Assembly (NCBI GenBank): GCA_050613775.1
Contig: JBODTK010000001.1
Coordinates: forward strand, 1,798,001-1,862,000
DNA length: 64,000 nt
From: Neocallimastix sp. 'constans'
Lineage: Eukaryota
Direction of reading: 5' to 3'
The notes beneath the pieces are model-generated. The model saw nothing but the letters and a program-made list of their open reading frames with translations. It did no database searches and was not told the origin of the DNA. Made by a program: the position numbers and the translations under genes. This document shows positions 56,441-64,000 of the stretch, one piece after another (within the stretch, counting starts at the first letter, position 1; each line of letters begins with the position of its first letter).

Positions 56441-56616
56441 GGCTAGCATACATAAGGCACCTGATTCGATCCCGACCTTTGATCATTCAGGTTTTCCTCA
56501 CTAGAGGTTGTTTACAGAATATGGTGGTATGGTGGTTAAAGTTACAGGTCAAGTATATCCCGCTTATACTTTCGGAATAGCAACCCTTATCGAGTACTAG
56601 TCTGAGGCATAATTTC

Positions 56617-56655
<39 letters not shown>

Positions 56656-57497
56656 AGCAACAGATCGCACCAAGAATGATGTTTTAGAATAATCCACCAG
56701 AAATGATTTTATTTTTAAACAAAAACATCCCATTCCTTTTATATATATATATATATATATAATTTAAATCAATAATATCTGTATCTCTTCCACCAAGAAG
56801 GAAATTATATAGTCGGTACCACGTCACATATTTATTTACACACTCATTATTCAAAGAATTACTTATATTAACACGATTTTCACCACTTGAACTATTCACT
56901 ACATTATCAGTAACAATACTATTATTTTCACTATCATTAATATTAATACTCCTATTTTCACTATCATCAATTCTACTATTATTAACTATATTATTACTAT
57001 TGTTATTATTATTATTATTATTATACTCTTCATTACTGCTATCAGAATCAGTACTTGATTCTATATTATTCATATCTATGACAATATATGACAATAGTGG
57101 TTACATCACTATTTGATATTGGACAATATTTGGAAATAATAAAAAATTTCTCGAGGAGACTACTTAAAACTCTAATTTAATGGGTACTTCATATCAGATC
57201 TAGATATAAATTCGATGTTCGCGTTGACAAAGCCGTCAATATGATTGAAGGAGATTGTCCTGAACGGTGTCCTTGTCGTTATAGAAAAAATAGTAATCTA
57301 GTTTTTTCTCAAATTTATTTTTCTTATAAGCCTTAGTCTTAATTGATTTTTCAGTCATAATTCTATCCCAATAAAAGTTTACAATTGCTTTTTTTTTTTT
57401 TTTTTTTTTAGATGAAAATTTATCTAATTTGTCGACTAAAATTTTACTTTATTTATCCCATGTATAACGTCTACAGCGTGATATATATCTCTAAGTA

Positions 57498-57528
<31 letters not shown>

Positions 57529-57993
57529 TAACCTAATTCGAGTTTTCCCATTTTTTAAAACCCCTTTTCTGAGCAATCACACATTTCGCCGAAAGGAGGA
57601 GGAATGTTAAGTTCTTGTGAAGCATAATAAAGGGAAGTAAAGCTATTCCCCCATTAGAAAATTCTTCAATTCAGTATAATCCTGAAAAAACTAGTGTCAC
57701 TGTACTTCTCATTCTTTCTTTGTTTGATTCCAAGTAGAGGTGCATAATACGAAACTTGCTCAATTACTATAGCTAAAAATAACAATCGTTTATAAGGGAT
57801 AGGAATATGAGGATTCTTAAGAAATCCTTTTATGAAATAAAGTGCTTTTCTAACTTTAAAATTCACTTATTTCAATTCTCAGTCATTTGAAAAACGGTAC
57901 ATCTCGTTTGGTATAGCAGTTGGCTTTAAATAAACTCTTGACTTGAAAAGATAAAAGGTAGGTTGACTTTCATTTACCACCAATGGAGATTCC

Positions 57994-57995
<2 letters not shown>
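56441..57995 (-). mobile_element. Decayed LINE (family C-like) with internal inversion and poly(A)/(T) expansions
   Basis: 56570-57140 homologous to 45578-46060; NPHIPIPYKR…SYYAPLLG post-RT remnant. Confidence 0.8.
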
Positions 57996-57997
<2 letters not shown>

Positions 57998-58035
<38 letters not shown>

Positions 58036-58523
58036 CAAGGAAGAGAATACACTTCCAATGCTTTATTAAATAGATTAAAATATTTTTATGTATTACATTT
58101 AATAAAATAAAAAAAAAAAAAATACATTATATAATTAAAAGATTAAAAAAAATAAAATATATATAAAAGATTAAGTAAAACAAAAAAAATAAATAAATAA
58201 AATTAAAAAAAAAAATAAATGTATATAAAAGATAAAGTAAAACAAAAAAAAAAAAAAAAAAAAAAAAATTTAATGTAATAAAGAATAAAAATAAGTTCAA
58301 AAGTTAAAAAAAAAATTTCGATATGATGTATATTATGTGTTGAAACATGATCACCAGTTAAATCAAAAAAAAAAAATTAATAAAACAAAGAAGTAACATC
58401 TTTAAAATAGGTTGTGTGATATTCACTAAACGTTCTCTTGAACCACAAGAAAGATCATCAAAAATTGAATTACATATTATAGGTTTTGTGTTGGGAACTG
58501 TACTGTTAGTAAATGTATATATT
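57998..58523 (-). mobile_element. 3' end of a family D-related retroelement; target of the LINE A insertion
   Basis: Poly(T) followed by AGACAAGGAAGAGAATACACTTCC, closely matching the reverse complement of 45222-45245; right boundary uncertain. Confidence 0.65.
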
Positions 58524-58529
58524 GATGAG

Positions 58530-58533
<4 letters not shown>

Positions 58534-58566
<33 letters not shown>

Positions 58567-61500
58567 CTTAGAGAAAACTTTATTTAATTTATAATAATAA
58601 TAAAATTACATGAAATTAAATGAAAAAATAACAAATAAAATACATGAAATAAAATATTATATATTATAAAATTATAAAAGTGCGTTAGAAGCAATAGCCT
58701 CTAACTTTTCCCATTCCTCGATAATAACACCACGTCCATTATTGTGAGTAATAATTTCAGTATTAGTGTTATCAATCGAATCTGTATCTGGAGGTGAAAA
58801 TCCATGCCTTATCATTTCGACGTCGACGCTCTTGGTAACGGTAGATTCAACGGAATACCATTTCATCATCAAACTAAAAGATCGACAAATTAATGGTATT
58901 ACGTTTGTTAGAAACTCCGCAATCCCCACAAAATACGGAACAGTTGACGAAGTTGAACTTTGTTTAAAAATATTGTCAACTAATTGTCTTTGTTCCCCAT
59001 CATCAACTTTAATTTTTGAATATATTGAACGCCCACCAAGAAGTGCACTCAATATATAATAATAAATATTATTATCATAATCCTTTTCTGAATCTAAAGA
59101 AACATCCAAAGATTTTTGTTCAATTATCAATGCAAACTTCAAAAAGAGATCATCTAGAAAAGGTAAAGATTTATTTCTGTAATTTTCCAATTCTTTACAG
59201 GCAAAGATCCAGTGAGAAAAGCTAGGTACACTAACACCACAACAAGGGCAACATTTAGGGCAATCTTCTGAGACGATTTTTCTTTTAATGGAAATACTAA
59301 TGTCGAATTTAAAACCACACCTAATACGAGAAATCCAAAAGAATCCCAACTGATACTTAGGATATTGAAATGTTAAGTTTCTGATTTCTGAAATAAATCC
59401 AAAATCATTCTCCTTGTAAATAATTGCTTTTTTAGCTTTTGAGGGTTTGAAGACATCTCTTTCCCAATAAAACTTTTTTATTTCACTTGTTTTCTTACCA
59501 TTTAATTTCTTATCCAAAGTCCTTGATTCTTTAGTCCATGAATAATGTGACATAGTAGGAATATTATTAGTGTGATGATTAATAATACATGATGAGTTTT
59601 TCCATTTTCTAAAGCAACGTAATTGAGATATAGCACAGACAGCTGAAAGAGGAGGTATTCTCAATTCACGAGTAAAATTATAGAGACTAACAGAAGAATT
59701 GCGAGATTTAAATCCGTAACTCTAATAAAGTCCTCTATTAATAATTTTTTGAGCTTTAGAACATCTGCTCTTATTTGAACCAAAGAGAGGAGCATAATAT
59801 ATAACAAGACTAAAAATAAACGAAATTAAAACATATTTCTTCAATGGGAGAGGAACAGATTTATTAATAAGAAAACGAAAGTACAAATTTAACTTGACAT
59901 TTAAATTACTGTTTAATTTGGATTGTATAGGTTTCAGTGATAAAGATTCATCAAAAGGAATACCAAGATAGGTATAGTTGTCAGTTTTAGGTAATTTTTT
60001 ACTACCAATAAAGAAAGATGGATCTTCATAATTTATCGGTTTAACAAAGTTAATCGGTTTTACAACAAGAGTAGCACACTTATTAATTCCAAAAGTCATT
60101 TCATTTTTAATAGCCCATTCATGAACTTTATTCAAAATTTTCTTAAGAGCTTGTTTAGATGGAGCAACTAAAACAATATCATCCGCAAAAAGTCCACCAC
60201 AACAATATTGAGAATCTAAATATACACCATACTTATCACAATTATCCAGTATATCATTAATGAACAAATTGAATAAAATAGGAGATAGAGGGCATCCTTG
60301 TCTAACACCACGATTAATCGAAAATTCTTCTGAGAGATTACCATTAAAAAAAGCACGAGCTTTAGAGGATAGATAAAGATTCTTTAAAAACAGATGGCAT
60401 TTATCTCTAATTCCTAAGTTATATAATTTGGTCAAAATATTAAAGATAGGAACTGAATCATAGGCTTTTTTAAGATCGAGAAAAGCAAGATAAGTAAAAT
60501 TTCCTTTAAATTTTCTTCTTTGACATATCTCTCTAATTGAAATATACAAACTTATGCATTCTTCTTTATTTCTAAATCCAAATTGTTCAGGTCTAACAAA
60601 TTTATGTTCAAGGGCATATTTAGCAATTCTACTAGTAACAATCTTTGAAATAATTTTTAAGCCAACATTAATAAGAGAAATACCACGATAATTATTACAA
60701 TCCGAAAGATCTCCTTTTTTTGGAATTGATATTATAGAAGCCGAATTCCACTCTTCAGGGAAATCACCATCCCAGATTTTGTTAAATAATGAAAGTAAAC
60801 ATTTAGCACACTTAGAGTAGTGATCATCTGAAGAATCATCTTGATTAACGGATAAATCAGATTTACTAAAGAAGGCTTTAAAAAATTCAATCGGAATACC
60901 ATCGGGTCCAGGAGCTTTATTATTTTTCATTTCAAGCACAGTGTTTTGAATTTCTTCCATAGTAATAGAATCATTAATATCCCAAGTAGGATTATTATTA
61001 GGATTAGTTCCAAATAAACTTACCCAGTATTCATTATCCAAACTGTGTTGAGTAACATCAGAAGCTAGTTCACTGTAATGTTCAGCAAATCGATTTAATT
61101 GATCCAAATGAGAAAATAAAAAGTTACCCTGCTTGTCCTTTAAAACACTTGACGAAATAGAATTAGAGTACATAGGGCGAGATAGCTTCTTTAATTTTAA
61201 CCAAGCACTCCTAGCATTTTTATTACTAAAATCATTACATGCAAATTCTATTGACTGATGAAATTGTTTTGATTTAATAGAAAACTTAATTGACCTGACT
61301 TTACCACATATATTTTTATACTCACGAAGCAAATTTAAAAATTCATCAAGGTTTTCAAGATTAGAACCTAAAGAAAAATTTTTGATTACATTAAATGTAA
61401 CATGCTTTTCATGAGAAAGTTTCTTGATATAATAAGGGCAGTGGAAAGCTGATCCTTTAAGATCACAAGGAACTCTAGCATGAACTTTATCACCAACTTT

Positions 61501-63705
61501 ATTAGCTGTTTCTATAAATTTATTGACCATTTCATTAGAACTTAATTCTTTATTATCATCAAATTCATTAAGAAGAATTGAGAAGTAGTTACTTGAGAAT
61601 ATTTCATTATGCTTTTCATTACACATGCGTTGGGACCACTTGAATCTTCTAGAAGGAGTAGGAGCACGAAAACCTTCTGAGTCATCTTTCTTACAGGAAA
61701 GGATAAGAGGGAAGTGGTCAGATATATCATTGAATGTACTACAAACAGATACCTTATTAATGTATTCCTTCATTTTACAATTAAATAAAACATGATCAAT
61801 ACAATCCCGAGCCCATGTGAAATCGAGACCTGATAAGTATTTAGTGAACCACTGATAAGATGATTTATTAAGTAAACTATCTAATTGGGATTTAGACATA
61901 TTAAAGTCACCTACAAGAATAGAAGGTGTATTAGTATGTTTCTTTATCCAATTAGTAATTTCTGAAAAGGCATTCTTTCTTTCTTCCTTATGAGTGACCG
62001 TAGGAACATAAATATTACCAATAGTGCATTTAATTCCCCAAAAAGAAGTAATGTTGACAGAAATGATATACTTATATTCAAAGGGATCAGGAGAAAATGA
62101 ACATGAACGATGTACACTTATACTAAGACCTCTCATACCGGGTATATTTGGATCAGCTTTACGTAAAATTGTATTATAGTGACAAAGAAATGGGTAATTA
62201 TTTGAATGTACATTAAGGTATTGGCTATTACCGACCTCTTGCAAGCAAATACAGATGGGTTTAAAAATTTCATTAAAGTATTTAATACCATCACGTTTTT
62301 CATCATTCCATCCATTAATATTCCAACTGACACAAAGATTAAAGAACTGAGTAGACGGTGAATAAATATTACTATAAAGAAAATCTTTAGCCATTGATTT
62401 AGTTTCAAAAGAAGAAAATTTGTTGTTAAATTTCTTAACTTCACTGAAAGTTCTGATTTTGTCGGTTTGGATCCAATTAATTTTATTGATTGGAAGGCAA
62501 TGGGTAAGAAGAAATAAAATATTTAGGTAATAAGTGGGTTTATCATAGTTTATCCTTAAAATGAAGTAATTTTCCATATTAGGTGTGTGTGTTTTTATAA
62601 TTTCATGAACTATTTCATTGCAATTGAAAATACGTTTACTAAGAAATTCCCAAAGTTTACTAACAGACCATGATTGAAGATCATGAATAAAGATAAGAAT
62701 GAAATCTTTATTCTGAATATCGTATCTTCGAAGACCACGTCGCAAAACAGGTATAGTTGCTGAATTTGAAGAAGTATTATCCATATCAAGAAAGCCTAAA
62801 AAATAAAATAAAAGAAGAATAAAATAAAAATAATAAAAATAATAAAAAAAAATAGATAAAAAAAATTTTTTTTTTTTTTATATATATATATATATAATAA
62901 AATAAATTAAAAAATAAAAGAGAAAGTAAATTCCCTTTAAATAGTAAAAAAAAAAAAAATATTGGTGTTGAATATTTGAAAGCTTGAAATATAAAATTGT
63001 TCTTGATGATTTAATAGATTTTAGATTTTGTAAATAATTGATTTTATCCTGTATAACTGATATAATATTTATAAATTTACTCAAGGGTTAGTAATTTATT
63101 GATACAAAATTACTTGTATATACTGTTAAAATGAATAATTGTTTCTTTTTATCTTTTGACTGATTGTAATTCTTTCAATTAATAAAGCGCTTTAAGATGT
63201 TAAAAATTTTCTGTTGAATAATCATAAATTAGCTAAAAGTATATTTAAAAAGAAAAAATATTAGTAGAGAAAGACTATAAAAAAGATTCCCATCCGTTAA
63301 ATAATGTCTTAAACACAAGCTTTGGAGTGAATCAATCTCCTACATTTCCATTTTACAATAGCTACATGAAAGTATAAATAATACTATAGAAAAATACATA
63401 TACAAAATAATGCTAAAGTAAAAAATACAATAGATTCATTACAATGATAATATGTAGAAACTACATGATATTATTAATTATACAACTCCAATGTTACTAC
63501 ATATCCAGTTTAAAACAATATAAAACATCAGGTTCACTTTCTACAGTCTCCCAGTATTCCAGTTTTCACTCTTCGTACTAGAAGCCACTTTAGAAAGGAT
63601 AACCATCGATTATCATCAGAATCACAGAAAGCTGTAATTAGTACACCTGATATAGGTATTCCTTTTCCATCAACCCTCCATGGACCTGGAAAAACAGTCC
63701 ACATC
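58534..63705 (-). mobile_element. Full-length non-LTR retrotransposon (LINE family A)
   Basis: TSD GATGAGAATT at 58524-58533 and 63706-63715; poly(A) tail; single long reading frame. Confidence 0.92.
58672..62784 (-). pseudogene. LINE polyprotein: N-terminal domain, APE endonuclease, RT and C-terminal CCHC; one in-frame TAG at 59724-59722
   Basis: SWNING, CLQE, GDFN, IDH, SDH; KAPGPDG, NYRGISL, QFGFR, DLKKAYD, GVRQGCPLSP, LFADD, YLG; CPCC…HWIFAC; the two listed ORFs are in the same frame. Confidence 0.93.
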
Positions 63706-63832
63706 GATGAGAATTAACAAGACTTCTAACTGTACTATTCCTTTACCATATCGGTACTATGTCGGTACTCATGCTCTTGGTAATGAAATTGTTTTTGTTA
63801 AACCTCTCAAAAAGTATTATAAGTTTTAAATC

Positions 63833-63873
<41 letters not shown>

Positions 63874-63927
63874 ATAATCTCTAAAGATAAAAATTTTAAG
63901 AATTCCTATAACATTTATATTTTATAA

Positions 63928-64000
63928 TTTTTTTTTTTAACGGCAGCAAACTTTTTTCATCTTATTCAAAAATTCTCATAGCTTTATATTTTATATTTTA
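63928..64000 (-). mobile_element. 3' end of another LINE family B copy
   Basis: Poly(T) followed by AACGGCAGCAAAC, as at 30589. Confidence 0.7.

Noticed and set aside
63590..63625. Hammerhead ribozyme (CUGAUGA on the minus strand)
   Set aside because: No GAAA after the putative stem II, and the homologous copy reads CUGGUGA

Overview
Extremely AT-rich eukaryotic DNA with spliceosomal introns and fungal (CBM10-like) double dockerins, almost certainly from an anaerobic gut fungus (Neocallimastigomycota). Intact host genes: a secreted double-dockerin protein fused to a large bacterial-looking module (18.1-21.6 kb), a LURP-one/Tubby-like protein, an intronless bacterial-type GH13 alpha-amylase, a 4-exon DAHP synthase, and a secreted protein with seven chagasin (I42) cysteine-protease-inhibitor repeats plus two dockerins (51.9-55.2 kb). 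A DUF4419 gene carries two homopolymer frameshifts. The remainder is mobile DNA and relics: a very young Ty3/gypsy element with a tRNA-Ala PBS and a U_UUA_AAC plus pseudoknot -1 frameshift, a full-length single-ORF APE-RT LINE, nested LINE fragments, two TSD-flanked non-autonomous retroposed elements with structured RNA, and pseudogenes of S8 protease, LRR, ankyrin and copia origin. The best leads are the cellulosome-docked multi-chagasin inhibitor, the dockerin-fused uncharacterised bacterial module, and retroelement RNAs carrying a perfect 5' splice site together with their own U1-like antisense copy. All calls come from reading the sequence by eye; no searches were run. LINE family labels A-D are my own, based on shared 3' ends.
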